A stretch of DNA of 64,000 nucleotides from Deltaproteobacteria bacterium (GTDB taxonomy: Bacteria; Desulfobacterota; GWC2-55-46). Below the pieces are notes generated by a model, which saw nothing but the letters and a program-made list of their open reading frames with translations, was not told the origin of the DNA and searched no databases. The translations under genes and the position numbers were made by a program. Location: assembly GCA_015075075.1 (NCBI GenBank), contig JABTVA010000003.1, forward strand, positions 38,619 to 102,618, in the 5' to 3' direction. This document shows positions 55,254 through 64,000 of the stretch, piece by piece. Within the stretch, counting starts at the first letter, position 1. Each line of letters starts with the position of its first letter.

Positions 55254-55315
55254 CGAAATCAAAAAGAGAACATTTTATAGTCTCTTGTACATCGGCTTAG
55301 CGAAGCGTACCGCGC

Positions 55316-55350
55316 AAAAAAGGGGGCAGCCAATTGGCTGCCCCCTTTTT
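55316..55350. terminator. Bidirectional rho-independent terminator
   Basis: AAAAAA-GGGGGCAGCC-AATT-GGCTGCCCCC-TTTTT, between the convergent islet ORF and the BON gene. Confidence 0.7.
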
Positions 55351-55398
55351 CATTCTATCCACATTAAAAAACCTAAGCGCCCGCCCGATCCTTAACCC

Positions 55399-55728
55399 CT
55401 ATCCCCTCGGCGGTGGCGGCGTTTGCAGGTTGTTCTGCACCGAGGCCACGCCCGGGGTTTCCCTTGCTATCTCAGCCGCCCTCCTGGCGTCTTCACTGGT
55501 GTTCACAAACCCGTTCAACTGGACAACGCCCCTGTATGTGTCCACGTCTATCTGGAGCGCCCGCAACGCCTCGTCCTGCAGGAGGTTGGCCTTTACTCGC
55601 GACGTTATGGTCGCGTCGTCTACGGTCTCTCCCGCGGTCCTCGTCGTCTCGGTCGCGGCGCAGGCGCTCAGCACGGCTGCAAGAATAAAAGCTGCAACGA
55701 ACCTTGATACGGTATGATATCTGGCCAT
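55399..55728 (-). CDS. BON-domain lipoprotein (OsmY-like)
   Basis: Lipobox AAVLSAC; DDATITSRVKANLLQDEALRALQIDVDTYRGVVQLNGFV is typical of a BON domain. Confidence 0.8.
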   Translation of the reverse strand: MARYHTVSRFVAAFILAAVLSACAATETTRTAGETVDDATITSRVKANLLQDEALRALQIDVDTYRGVVQLNGFVNTSEDARRAAEIARETPGVASVQNNLQTPPPPRG

Positions 55729-55830
55729 GATCGCGCTCCTTTTCTGTTTGAAATCCCCCTACAGAAAAGGATAAACCAGAATGAACGCCTGTCAAATCCA
55801 GCTCTGGTTTTCAAGCCGGCGGCCAGACGC

Positions 55831-56454
55831 TCAGCCGATGGACTCCATCGCCTTTTGCACCTTCCCGATATAGGCGTCACCGCTTACGGGAAGGGTCCCG
55901 CGGTAATACCTGGCTATCCCCTCCTCGAACCCGTAGCGGTTGATATAATGGGCAAGGATATGAGAGCCGGCCCCTATGTTCGTGTCGATATCGAAAAGCG
56001 TGCCCTCGATGCCCAGCTCTTTTTTCCAGAACGGCATCACCTGCATGAGCCCCTCCGCCCCCTTGGGGCTCACGGCGGAGACCCTGCCGCTCGATTCGAC
56101 CTTGATGACGGCCACGATGAGCCTTGGCGAAAGCCCGTATTCGCCGCTGTATTTCAAAACGGCCCGTCCGATATCATCCGCCTCGGTGCTCGTAAGGGAC
56201 GGGTTAATTGCCCCGATCACGCTTGCCCAATATATCTCCTCCATGTTCTGCCTGTTCAGCGCCGCAGTTTCTACCACTGAGGCGTCATCCGTCAACGCCT
56301 CCTTTATCATCAGCCTGGCGGCGGACCCCTCCAGGGCATATGCGAACACGGCAGCGACCAGAACAAAGAGCAGGACGGCGACCCGCCTCCCCCTGGGAAT
56401 GTGCCGTGGGCGCCCAAGCGCGGCAGCTTTTAAAATAAATTTCCTCGTCGTCAT
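55831..56454 (-). CDS. Lytic transglycosylase (SLT domain)
   Basis: N-terminal TM; catalytic region AVIKVESSGRVSAVSPKGAEGLMQVMP. Confidence 0.85.
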   Translation of the reverse strand: MTTRKFILKAAALGRPRHIPRGRRVAVLLFVLVAAVFAYALEGSAARLMIKEALTDDASVVETAALNRQNMEEIYWASVIGAINPSLTSTEADDIGRAVLKYSGEYGLSPRLIVAVIKVESSGRVSAVSPKGAEGLMQVMPFWKKELGIEGTLFDIDTNIGAGSHILAHYINRYGFEEGIARYYRGTLPVSGDAYIGKVQKAMESIG

Positions 56455-56695
56455 TTTTCACCTCCGCACATTCTCGGCCCACTGTCTTCGCAAACACCTT
56501 GCCAAACCTTTCCGGTCCGTTCCTAAGTGTCTGTTTTCATGAAAATTCGGATAATCACGCGTGAACCGGCCTGCATAAACTGTAAAGAATATGGACACCG
56601 TAAATCGCCTGTCGAGGGGGCTATTCGAGAGTGAATAATCTTATAAATCGGAAGGTTACAGGGCAAATCCCCCTGCCTTAGCCATGCTTTGGGGC

Positions 56696-56728
56696 GAAAT
56701 AAAAAAGGCTTGGGCGCGTCCCAAGCCT
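56696..56728 (-). terminator. Rho-independent terminator candidate
   Basis: Minus strand AGGCTTGGG-ACGCG-CCCAAGCCT followed by TTTTTTATTT. Confidence 0.55.
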
Positions 56729-56850
56729 AATTCCCCCTTTTTATGTACGAATTTAATTCATCGCAGCGCTTCAGGGGCACGCGCTACTGTCGGATTACTT
56801 TACACTCTCCCCGGCCGGTTGCGGCCCGGCATAAGAAGGTTATCCGGTAA

Positions 56851-56884
56851 AAGCGGGCAGCCAAATGGCTGCCCCGTTCCGCTT
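56851..56884. terminator. Hairpin terminator just after the TPR gene stop
   Basis: GCGGGCAGCC-AAAT-GGCTGCCCCG, with A/T-rich flanks on both sides. The stem is nearly identical to the one at 55322-55345. Confidence 0.5.
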
Positions 56885-56907
56885 TATATATATATATTGG
56901 CCCTGCC

Positions 56908-57552
56908 CTAACCTGACCAGGCAGCTTTTACCCACCTCCATGCCGCTGAAAACCCCGGCCCTGCAAGGAACATGGCAGAGCGGACCTTCCTTGACTCCCT
57001 GCCCTTAACGCGCGAGGAGAGCCCTTCCAGAAGGCCCATCGCTTCAACCGGGTCTATCTTCCTCAAGAGCTTCGAAAGCTCCATCGTGACCTCGAAGTTC
57101 CAGGGATCGAGCTCAAAGGCCTTCCTGAGCATGTTTATCGCCTTCCCCTTCTCGGGCCCGTTCCTGAAGAAGCGGTGCCCGTTGAAAAGGGTGTGCATGG
57201 CCTCGGCCCTTCTGCCCTGCATTACATAGACATGGGCCATAGTCTCCCATACCTCCGGGTTCCTCGGCATGAACTTGGCCGCCTGCGAATACATGCTTAT
57301 CGCCTTCTGGCTGAAACCTGCGGCGAGGTATCTTGAACCGGCTATCTTGAAGCTCATCCAGGCCTCCTCGAACTTACTTGTGCGCGCAAGGAGCGGCGCG
57401 ACCTTGGCGTGCACGAGGTAATCGTCTGGGTCCGCCTCGAGGACCCTCCTGTAATGGCCGATGGCCTTTTTAAGCCTTCCCCCGGCCTGCGCCTTTGCGG
57501 CGTCCGCAAGGCACCTCTCCCTGTCATAGGACTTTTCGCGCCAAAAAAGCAT
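56908..57552 (-). CDS. TPR-repeat protein
   Basis: 214 aa of tandem 34-residue helical repeats (..AIGHYRRVLEADPDDYLVHAKVA.., ..AISMYSQAAKFMPRNPEVWETMA..). Confidence 0.7.
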   Translation of the reverse strand: MLFWREKSYDRERCLADAAKAQAGGRLKKAIGHYRRVLEADPDDYLVHAKVAPLLARTSKFEEAWMSFKIAGSRYLAAGFSQKAISMYSQAAKFMPRNPEVWETMAHVYVMQGRRAEAMHTLFNGHRFFRNGPEKGKAINMLRKAFELDPWNFEVTMELSKLLRKIDPVEAMGLLEGLSSRVKGRESRKVRSAMFLAGPGFSAAWRWVKAAWSG

Positions 57553-57726
57553 GTGTCTCCCTGCCCGCGGGTCATTTCCTGACCAGCCCCATCACATTCT
57601 TCTACAATCGTTCCTCTTTTTATGTGACTTTTGGCACCTTCCGGCACATGCGGCCCGCCGGGTTTGACAAAAGGATACTTCGAATTATATTCAATACATG
57701 GGGTTATACCAAAAAGGAGGGGGCAA

Positions 57727-58032
57727 ATGGCAAAGCCGATAAATTCATGCACCGACATGCCTAAGGTAAAGGCCTGCGACGTGACCGAGTGCGCCTACAA
57801 CGTCGACAGGAACTGCCATGCCATAGCCATAACAGTCGGCAATTCGGAGGCGGCAAGGTGCGACACCTTTTACAGGCATAAAAAAGGCGGCATAAGGAGC
57901 CTCACCGGCGGTGTTGGCGCCTGCAAGATGGATGATTGCAAGTTCAACACCGACCTTGAGTGCTACGCTGACGGCATAAACGTCGCGACCAACGGGGGCG
58001 AGGCAATCTGCAAGACCTTCTCGAGGAGATAG
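57727..58032 (+). CDS. DUF1540-type Cys-rich protein (two repeats)
   Basis: RBS AAAAAGGAGGGGG before ATG 57727. Two copies of the pattern C.V..C.YN....C.A..I.V......C.TF. Confidence 0.7.
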   Translation: MAKPINSCTDMPKVKACDVTECAYNVDRNCHAIAITVGNSEAARCDTFYRHKKGGIRSLTGGVGACKMDDCKFNTDLECYADGINVATNGGEAICKTFSRR

Positions 58033-58110
58033 GATTCTAAGAATGAAGGACGGCACGGGTGTCTTTCGCTCCGACACCCGGCCGCGGTCTTTTGTCCGGA
58101 GGTTCAGGTT

Positions 58111-60162
58111 TCAGAGCTTGTGGATTATCCTTGCGTACAGCTCCGGGAGCTTTTTTGCGAGCATGTCAACGCCGGGGAGGACCGCGTAGTTCCCTCGCCC
58201 GAAGACCCTCGGCAGGTAGTCGGCAGCTCCCGTGTCCACGGTAAGGCAGAAAGGCGTGATGCCTTCCTTCTCGGCTTCCTTTATCGCCATCCTCGTATCC
58301 TCGAGGCCGTACCTGCCCTCGTATACGTCCACGTCGTTCGGCTTGCCGTCCGAGAGGATAAATAGGAGCTTTGTCCAGGCCTTCTCGGTTGCGAGTATCG
58401 AGATCGCGTGCCTTACTGCCGGCCCCATCCGGGTATAGTAATAGGGTATGAGCCCGCCTATCCTCTTTTTAACCGCCTCTCCGTAGCTTTCTTTAAAGCC
58501 CTTTACTCGGAAGAAGCGGCAGCCCTTCCGGGACTTGCCGGAGATGCCGTATATGGCGTACCTGTCGCGGAGCTTCTTCATGGCCTCGCAGAGTATGACG
58601 AGCGATTCCTTTTCATGGTCTATTATCTTTAATCCTCCGGCCCACCCGTCGGTCGACATGCTCAAGTCCACCAGGAATAGGGCCGAGATATCTCGCTCGG
58701 TCTTTACATACGCGGAGTAGAGCCTGTCCTCGGGCGTGCGGCCCGCCTCAAGGTCCGCCATCGCGTCCACGGCAGCGTTTAAGTCTATGGACGTCCCCTC
58801 GGCCTGGCGGCCCATGAGCCTTACCGAGGGAGATACCATCTCGAAGCTCCTCGTCACCTCCCTTATGAGCCCGCGCTTCTCCTTGAGCACCTTTTCCGAA
58901 AAACCGGCGTCCTCTCCTTCGGCAGGGGCTTCCACGAGGCGGGAGTAATCGGGCCTGTAGGCGCGCCTCTTGTAGTCCCATTCAGGGTAGTGGAAAGACT
59001 CTTCGGCCTGTTCCGCTTCCTCCTCGGCCCCGGAGTACCCGTCAGCTTTTTCAAGCTCGGCGTTAAAGGTGTTTACGGTCGTCCTTTCAAGGGAAGCTGT
59101 CGAGAGCTCTTCGCACTCGTCGGCCTTTTTACCGGGGTCGTCCTCTGGGTCGTCGTCAAAGGGCCTTCTGACGTTCACGAACTCGGCCCAGGTGATTATC
59201 TTGTCGTAGATATTGAGCGTGAGGCCGTTCTCGTTCTCCTTCTCATCGACCTTTTCGGTCCGCGCCGCGTATCTTGAGCCCTTCCGGGGCCCTTCCTTTT
59301 CAGGGGCAAATTCGTCCCCTGCCGGTGCCGGGGCGGCGCTCGCAATCTTACCCGCCTGAAAAGATGGCGGGCCGCCGTCCTTTATCCTCTCGGGGATGAG
59401 CTTCCCCCAGGGGAAAAACGGGACGATAGCCCTGTACCGCGCCGTCTTTATCTTTTCGGCGTTCCATTTTTCCTTTATCCCGATAGCGAGCCGGAGGCTC
59501 TCCCCGGCGCTCCTGGAATTGAAACCGGCGGCGGCTGAATCCGGGAAAGTCGATTCGAGCGCCTCCTTGAGGAACTCCTCGACCTTTTCCTCGGCCTTGT
59601 TAAGGTACTTGGCTGGAGGCCTTCTTTCAAGGAGATGGCCAGCAAGCCCTGCCCATTCCCTCAATACCCCCGGATACTCGGCCAATATCTCACGGCAAAG
59701 CCTCGCGTTTTCGATAATCCAGAAAAGGTCGGCTGCGAGGCGGTCGGTTGAGAGGAAGGACCGGTTTTTGAAAGCGACGGCGAGCGTACCCCTGCTCGCC
59801 TGGAATGAAAGGAAAAATAGGAGCGCCCTTGCCATCCCCACCCTCGCGGCTTCGTCGGGCATCTCGACTATTGAGACCGGAAAAAAAAGCGTCTCACCAT
59901 CGGTCCAGCCGAACCCGTGCTCGGGGAGGAGCGCCGGGTGCGCCGTCTTATAGAGGACCGGCCAGTAGGGGCGCGGGGGCGTGTCTCCCCTTATGTCCGA
60001 GACCTCGATCTCGCGCCCCGCTATCATCGAGGCGACAGCCGAAAACCTACGGCGGTTGCCCTCCGTGAAAAAAGGCGCGCCCTCGCCCTTCCAGGCCTCC
60101 ATGCGCCTCCGGTGGAAGAGCTGAATAGCCTTGTCCACGCCTTTTCCGATTAGATGTTCCAT
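58111..60162 (-). CDS. norD: NorD-type von Willebrand factor A protein
   Basis: 683 aa. C-terminal VWA domain with MIDAS-like DLSMSTDG..SDGKPND. Follows norQ. Confidence 0.8.
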   Translation of the reverse strand: MEHLIGKGVDKAIQLFHRRRMEAWKGEGAPFFTEGNRRRFSAVASMIAGREIEVSDIRGDTPPRPYWPVLYKTAHPALLPEHGFGWTDGETLFFPVSIVEMPDEAARVGMARALLFFLSFQASRGTLAVAFKNRSFLSTDRLAADLFWIIENARLCREILAEYPGVLREWAGLAGHLLERRPPAKYLNKAEEKVEEFLKEALESTFPDSAAAGFNSRSAGESLRLAIGIKEKWNAEKIKTARYRAIVPFFPWGKLIPERIKDGGPPSFQAGKIASAAPAPAGDEFAPEKEGPRKGSRYAARTEKVDEKENENGLTLNIYDKIITWAEFVNVRRPFDDDPEDDPGKKADECEELSTASLERTTVNTFNAELEKADGYSGAEEEAEQAEESFHYPEWDYKRRAYRPDYSRLVEAPAEGEDAGFSEKVLKEKRGLIREVTRSFEMVSPSVRLMGRQAEGTSIDLNAAVDAMADLEAGRTPEDRLYSAYVKTERDISALFLVDLSMSTDGWAGGLKIIDHEKESLVILCEAMKKLRDRYAIYGISGKSRKGCRFFRVKGFKESYGEAVKKRIGGLIPYYYTRMGPAVRHAISILATEKAWTKLLFILSDGKPNDVDVYEGRYGLEDTRMAIKEAEKEGITPFCLTVDTGAADYLPRVFGRGNYAVLPGVDMLAKKLPELYARIIHKL

Positions 60163-60183
60163 AAATGACCTGTTTCCGGCGCG

Positions 60184-61004
60184 TTAGAAGGAGGCGTTGA
60201 GTATGTCCATCATGGCCTTATGGAGCTCTGGGTCGTCGGTCACAGGCCTCACGACCGCCGCCTCAAAAGCCTCCTCTGGCGAAAGCCCCTTGTTTACAAG
60301 GGCCGCCGCGTGCACCAGAAGCCTCGTGCCGGGAGGCGACTCGAGCCCCGAGTCCACGAGCTTCCTCATCCTCCGCCCGGCGCGGACGAGCCTGCCTGCA
60401 AGGTCTGAGTCGAGCCCGCCCTCCCTCGCGACTATCTCTGATTCCATCTCCTCGGGCGGGTAATCGAACTCGAGTGAGATGAACCTCTGGCGCGTGGACG
60501 GCTTCAGGTCCTTCAGTATATGCTGGTATCCGGGGTTATAGGATATGACCAGCATGAAGTTATCCGGGGCATGTAGCTCCTCGCCGGTCTTTTCGACCGA
60601 AAGGATGCGCCTGTCGTCAGAAAGGGGATGGAGTATTACGGTAGTGTCCTTACGGGCCTCCACCACCTCGTCAAGGTAGCAGATGCCGCCGCCCCGGACG
60701 GCGGTGGTAAGCGGGCCGTCCATCCATACGGTCTCGCGCCCTTTTATGAGGTAGCGCCCGACGAGGTCCGAGCTCGTGAGGTCGTCATGGCAGGCGACGG
60801 TATGGACGGGAAGCCCGAGCCTCCACGCCATGTGAGAGACGAAACGGGTCTTTCCGCACCCGGTCGGCCCCTTGAGAAGCACGGCCATCCTCGACTGGTA
60901 TGCGGCCTCGAATATCTCTATTTCCCGGCCAAGGGGCCTGTAGTACGGCTCTTTGGAGGAGGCGCTGGCCAGGGCCAGCGCCTCCTTCGCTCCAGATTGC
61001 TCAT
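60184..61004 (-). pseudogene. norQ: NorQ/CbbQ/NirQ-type MoxR AAA+ ATPase; the start region needs one frame change
   Basis: EPYYRPLGREIEIFEAAYQSRMAVLLKGPTGCGKTRFV (Walker A), ICYLDEVVEA (Walker B). The only upstream ATG (61004) is in a different frame. Confidence 0.8.
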
Positions 61005-61017
61005 TCCTTGCTCCCGC

Positions 61018-62358
61018 TTATGCCACGTTAAGGGACTTGGACCTTCCCGGGAAGAAAAAATCATATAGGTAAACCACGAGCCCTATGGCAAAGGTCACCC
61101 CGAAGAAGAGCCTGATGCCGTAAAAGAGGCCCATGTACGCCTGCGTCTCCATATAGGAGATGCCGAGCACCCTCTGTAGATACACCTGGACTATGCCGGC
61201 CCCTGTAAGCGCAAGGGCTATGAAGACCATCGAAACGGCCATTGTCCAGAAGGCGAAGACTTCCTGCTTCTGGTGGGTGATTATGCCCGTGGCCTTCCTA
61301 AGGTTCGGGACCGCGTAGCTCGCCATCGCAAGGACGATGACCGCGTATGCGCCGTAGAAGGCGAGATGTCCGTGGCTCGCGGTTATCTGCGTGCCGTGCG
61401 TGTAGAAGTTGACCTTAGGCAGCGTGTGCATGAAGCCCCAAGCCCCGGCGCCGAGGAAGCTCAGCACTGCCGCGCCCACTGTCCAGAGTACGGCAGCGCG
61501 GTTCGGGTGCTGGCGGGCGCGCTTGCCGACCATCTTGAAGCTGAAGGCCACCATCGCGGCGAAGGGAAGCACCTCTATCGCCGAGAACCACGCGCCCCAG
61601 GTCTGCCAGAAGGCCGGGGTGCCTATCCAGTAATAGTGGTGGCCGGTTCCTATGATGCCGGTAAGGAAGGTGAGCCCGACTATTACATACAGCCACTTCT
61701 CGGCGACCTCGCGGTCTATGCCGGTGAGCTTTATAAGGAGGAACGAGAGGAAAGCGGCCATGATAAGCTCCCATACGCCTTCCACCCAGAGATGGACCAC
61801 CCACCACCAGTAGTACTTGTCCACGGTCATGTTCGCGGGCTTATAGAAGGCGAAGAGATAGAAGACCGCAAGCCCGAGGAACCCGATGAGGAGGACTATA
61901 GAGATGCTCGTCCTCCGCCTTCCCTTTATCATGGTCATTATCATGTTGTAGATGAACATCAGGACCACTATGACTATGCCTATCTTTATGAGGGTAGGCT
62001 GCTCAAGGAACTCCCTGCCGTCGTGCCACCTGAAAAGGTAGCCCACGATTGCGGCAGCGCCGCCCGCGAGGAAGAGCCAGAACTGGACCATCGCCAGTTT
62101 GGGGCTGTATATCTCGCCCTCGACCTCCTCGGGCAGAAGGTAATAGGCCGCGCCCATGAAGCCGAATATGAGCCATACGACGAGCAGGTTTATGTGTATC
62201 ATCCTGCCGATATTGAAGGGGATGGCCGGGAAGAGAAGGTCCGGCCAGAGGTACTGCGCGCCTATAAGGAGCCCGAAGATAATCTGGGCGCCGAAGAGCA
62301 GCATGGCGGCTACGAAATAAGGGTAGCTGAGCCGTTGCGATTCGTACTGGTATTTCAT
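61018..62358 (-). CDS. norB: Nitric oxide reductase large subunit (cNOR NorB)
   Basis: Start at MKYQYESQRL (RBS GAAGGAGA). WWVVHLWVEGVWE, GTGHHYYW, HGHLAFYGAY, 12 TM helices. Confidence 0.92.
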   Translation of the reverse strand: MKYQYESQRLSYPYFVAAMLLFGAQIIFGLLIGAQYLWPDLLFPAIPFNIGRMIHINLLVVWLIFGFMGAAYYLLPEEVEGEIYSPKLAMVQFWLFLAGGAAAIVGYLFRWHDGREFLEQPTLIKIGIVIVVLMFIYNMIMTMIKGRRRTSISIVLLIGFLGLAVFYLFAFYKPANMTVDKYYWWWVVHLWVEGVWELIMAAFLSFLLIKLTGIDREVAEKWLYVIVGLTFLTGIIGTGHHYYWIGTPAFWQTWGAWFSAIEVLPFAAMVAFSFKMVGKRARQHPNRAAVLWTVGAAVLSFLGAGAWGFMHTLPKVNFYTHGTQITASHGHLAFYGAYAVIVLAMASYAVPNLRKATGIITHQKQEVFAFWTMAVSMVFIALALTGAGIVQVYLQRVLGISYMETQAYMGLFYGIRLFFGVTFAIGLVVYLYDFFFPGRSKSLNVA

Positions 62359-62411
62359 CAACTCGTCTCCTTCTATGTTTTTCCTGCTCGGTTGCCGGAG
62401 TCCGCCAGGTG

Positions 62412-62828
62412 TTACCCTTCCTTGTTCGGGGGCCAGTTGTGCGTGTCTACCCGGTCCATCCATTTGAAGAACTCGACAAGCGCGTCTATGTCCGCCTCTG
62501 AGAGGTCGAAGCGCGGCATCCTCCTCGTCCCGCCCCAGCCCTCGACTGCCGTGGTCTCAAGCACTGTGCGGAGAAATGCCTCGCCGCGCCTGTCGATTAC
62601 GTTTCCGAGCTCGGGCGCGTAATATGCCCCCTCCCCGAGGAGCGTGTGGCAATTTATGCACGCGTGCTTCTCCCAGACCTCCTTGCCGTGCGCCACCTGG
62701 GGGGTAATGTCCTCGGGGTTCGTCATGGCGGTGAAGGCCACGTGGGACAGGTAGGTGAGGTAGAGGAATACAGCCGTCACTACGACAGTCGCCACGATGA
62801 ACATGTTTCTTGCCGACATCTTGGTCAT
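62412..62828 (-). CDS. norC: Nitric oxide reductase cytochrome c subunit
   Basis: N-terminal TM, haem motif CINCHTLLGEG, C-terminal ..RRMPRF.. Confidence 0.9.
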   Translation of the reverse strand: MTKMSARNMFIVATVVVTAVFLYLTYLSHVAFTAMTNPEDITPQVAHGKEVWEKHACINCHTLLGEGAYYAPELGNVIDRRGEAFLRTVLETTAVEGWGGTRRMPRFDLSEADIDALVEFFKWMDRVDTHNWPPNKEG

Positions 62829-62882
62829 TATCGTTCCCTTCTCCTTATCTTAATGGCCGCTCAAGGGATTGTGCGGGGGCAT

Positions 62883-62898
62883 GGCGTCCCATGTGCCC
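62883..62898 (-). promoter_or_regulatory. Sigma-54 (-24/-12) promoter candidate upstream of norC
   Basis: Minus strand GGGCACATGGGACGCC. GG and GC elements have the canonical 10-nt separation. Lies 55-70 nt upstream of the norC ATG. Confidence 0.4.
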
Positions 62899-62946
62899 GG
62901 AAACCCCTCTCCCGGCCCCTTTTCAGGCGCACCTCGGGCCTGGCAG

Positions 62947-62967
62947 GCGCGAAATCACGTTTCGCGC
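62947..62967. promoter_or_regulatory. Perfect 8-5-8 palindrome, candidate activator/repressor site upstream of nor
   Basis: GCGCGAAA-TCACG-TTTCGCGC, about 50-70 nt upstream of the -24 element. Confidence 0.35.
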
Positions 62968-63331
62968 GCCCATTACGAAACACCTCCGTTACTTTTTCTG
63001 TTTTTTTCCTACACCGGATGGCAGGGTGGCCTGTCCCTGGGGACCGGCTCTGGCGCGTTTTTTCCCAAAATCTTCTCTCCCAAAAGGATAGAGCGCCAGA
63101 AGACAGCTCCGATTTTAACAGGGCGAGCTGAAAACAAAATGATTTATATCAGCACATTAAAAACAAAATGCCTCCGCTTCCTGCAGGGGCTTGTTCCTCT
63201 CTAATACGGGCCAGGGTGCGGCGGCAGCCCCCTCTTCTTGACCATCGACAGCGGCCCTGTGATACTTAATAGAGGACCATAACGAATCGTTTGGCCGCGG
63301 TCTTCAAAAACCGCAGCCGGGGAGGTGTGAT

Positions 63332-63790
63332 ATGGAAGCAAGAAAGTTCAATATCGAAGAGATTGAAGAAGAGAACCTTTCGAAGTTCGACGATCTGGAT
63401 TACAACGTCTTTTCCGGCCAGAAGTGGGACCAGTTCAAGAGGAGCCACCATAACGACATAGTCGTGCACTGGCCCGACGGCCGCGAGACCAGGGGCCTTG
63501 ACGTGCACATAAATGACCTCAAGGAGATGTTCGTATACGCGCCGGACACGCGCATAAAGGAGCACCCCATAAGGATAGCCCGGGGCGAATGGACTGCGGT
63601 GACGGGCGTAATGGAAGGCACCTTCTCGAAGCCCATGCCGGTCGGGAACGGCCAGACCATCCAGCCGACCGGCAAATCCTTCAGGCTGACAATGGCCACA
63701 ATCGGGCGCTGGCAGGACGGCGTGATGGTGGAAGAGTGGCTCTTCTGGGACAACAAGGCCTTCATGAGGCAGATAGGTCTTCTGGAGTAG
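63332..63790 (+). CDS. SnoaL-like / ester cyclase family protein
   Basis: 152 aa. RBS GGGGAGG. Motifs ..VVHWPDGRETRGLD..EHPIRIARGEWTAVTGVMEGTF..GKSFRLTMATIGRWQDGVMVEEWLFWDN are typical of this alpha+beta barrel family. Confidence 0.7.
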   Translation: MEARKFNIEEIEEENLSKFDDLDYNVFSGQKWDQFKRSHHNDIVVHWPDGRETRGLDVHINDLKEMFVYAPDTRIKEHPIRIARGEWTAVTGVMEGTFSKPMPVGNGQTIQPTGKSFRLTMATIGRWQDGVMVEEWLFWDNKAFMRQIGLLE

Positions 63791-64000
63791 GCGCGAGGGC
63801 GGGCTTTCCATGGCGCGCCCACCAGGTGCCCTGGACAGGGCGCGTTGACGCGGCCTACGGAAAGAGGGCCTTCTCATCCGTGGCGGAGCGGGTCGCTTTC
63901 CTCTTAGCAGGGTGTTGAAAACACCCTGCTAAGCAATCCACGGATGGATTGCAAAATTGTGAAGACTATCCAAGTCGAGCAATTTGTAAGGCTTGGACGG

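Noticed and set aside
55254-55400. Direct repeat of the tRNA-Leu 3' end (attR) at the far side of the AT-rich islet
   Set aside because: I looked for GGTTCGACCCCCGCCTCCGGCACCA-like sequence and found none. The right boundary is only defined by composition and the terminator.
57632-57646. Sigma-54-like TGGCAC-CTTCC-GGCA upstream of the DUF1540 gene
   Set aside because: The GG to GC spacing is one nucleotide short of the canonical geometry, and the -12 element is GGCA rather than TTGC. It could become valid only if an indel error is present.
61273-62622. 449-aa plus-strand ORF
   Set aside because: Lies entirely antisense to norB/norC. Arg/Gly/Glu/Pro-rich with no motif, which is the typical shadow ORF of high-GC DNA. 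The same applies to 8611-9696, 9907-10731, 10208-11047 (antisense to dxs/ispA), 16101-17156 (antisense to rpoN), 29580-30524 (antisense to clpX), 31181-32167 (antisense to tig) and 5576-6166.

Overview
64-kb stretch of a high-GC (about 60% by eye) Gram-negative chromosome, with genes mostly on the minus strand.

Housekeeping content:
- PhoR/PhoB-like two-component pair, ArsC-like phosphatase, nfnAB-like oxidoreductase
- tlyA-dxs-ispA, cspA, yibQ-ctpA-envC, rpoN, comA-like, P-type ATPase, hrpB
- tRNA-Val/Asp, lon-clpX-clpP-tig-tRNA-Leu, kdsD-kdsA-pyrG-kdsB, norCBQD

Unusual content:
1. Two direct copies of an IS110-family element (42175-43324 and 43551-44703). Each sits at a CT core inside a palindromic intergenic repeat. 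The element ends would form a perfect TTGACA-17-TATAAT promoter on circularisation. The 193-nt 5' non-coding arm is a candidate bridge/seek-type guide RNA.
2. A B-type haem-copper-oxidase-like cluster (small TM protein, subunit II with CuA, IIa-like peptide, subunit I, SenC/SCO1). Subunit I appears to lack the cross-link tyrosine. It is followed by a cytochrome b / 4Fe-4S / MvhD-like fusion, and a classical norCBQD lies 17 kb away.
3. An AT-rich islet abutting tRNA-Leu(CAA) with one orphan multi-pass membrane protein.
4. At least six families of palindromic intergenic repeats. One family has hairpin stems that differ between copies but stay complementary.
5. Patchy clusters of frameshifts that break accessory genes and a tRNA while long housekeeping ORFs stay open. 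This could be local consensus error or gene decay.
6. A truncated rpoN 3' end abutting an ftsX fragment.

All calls are from manual reading and translation. No database search was possible.
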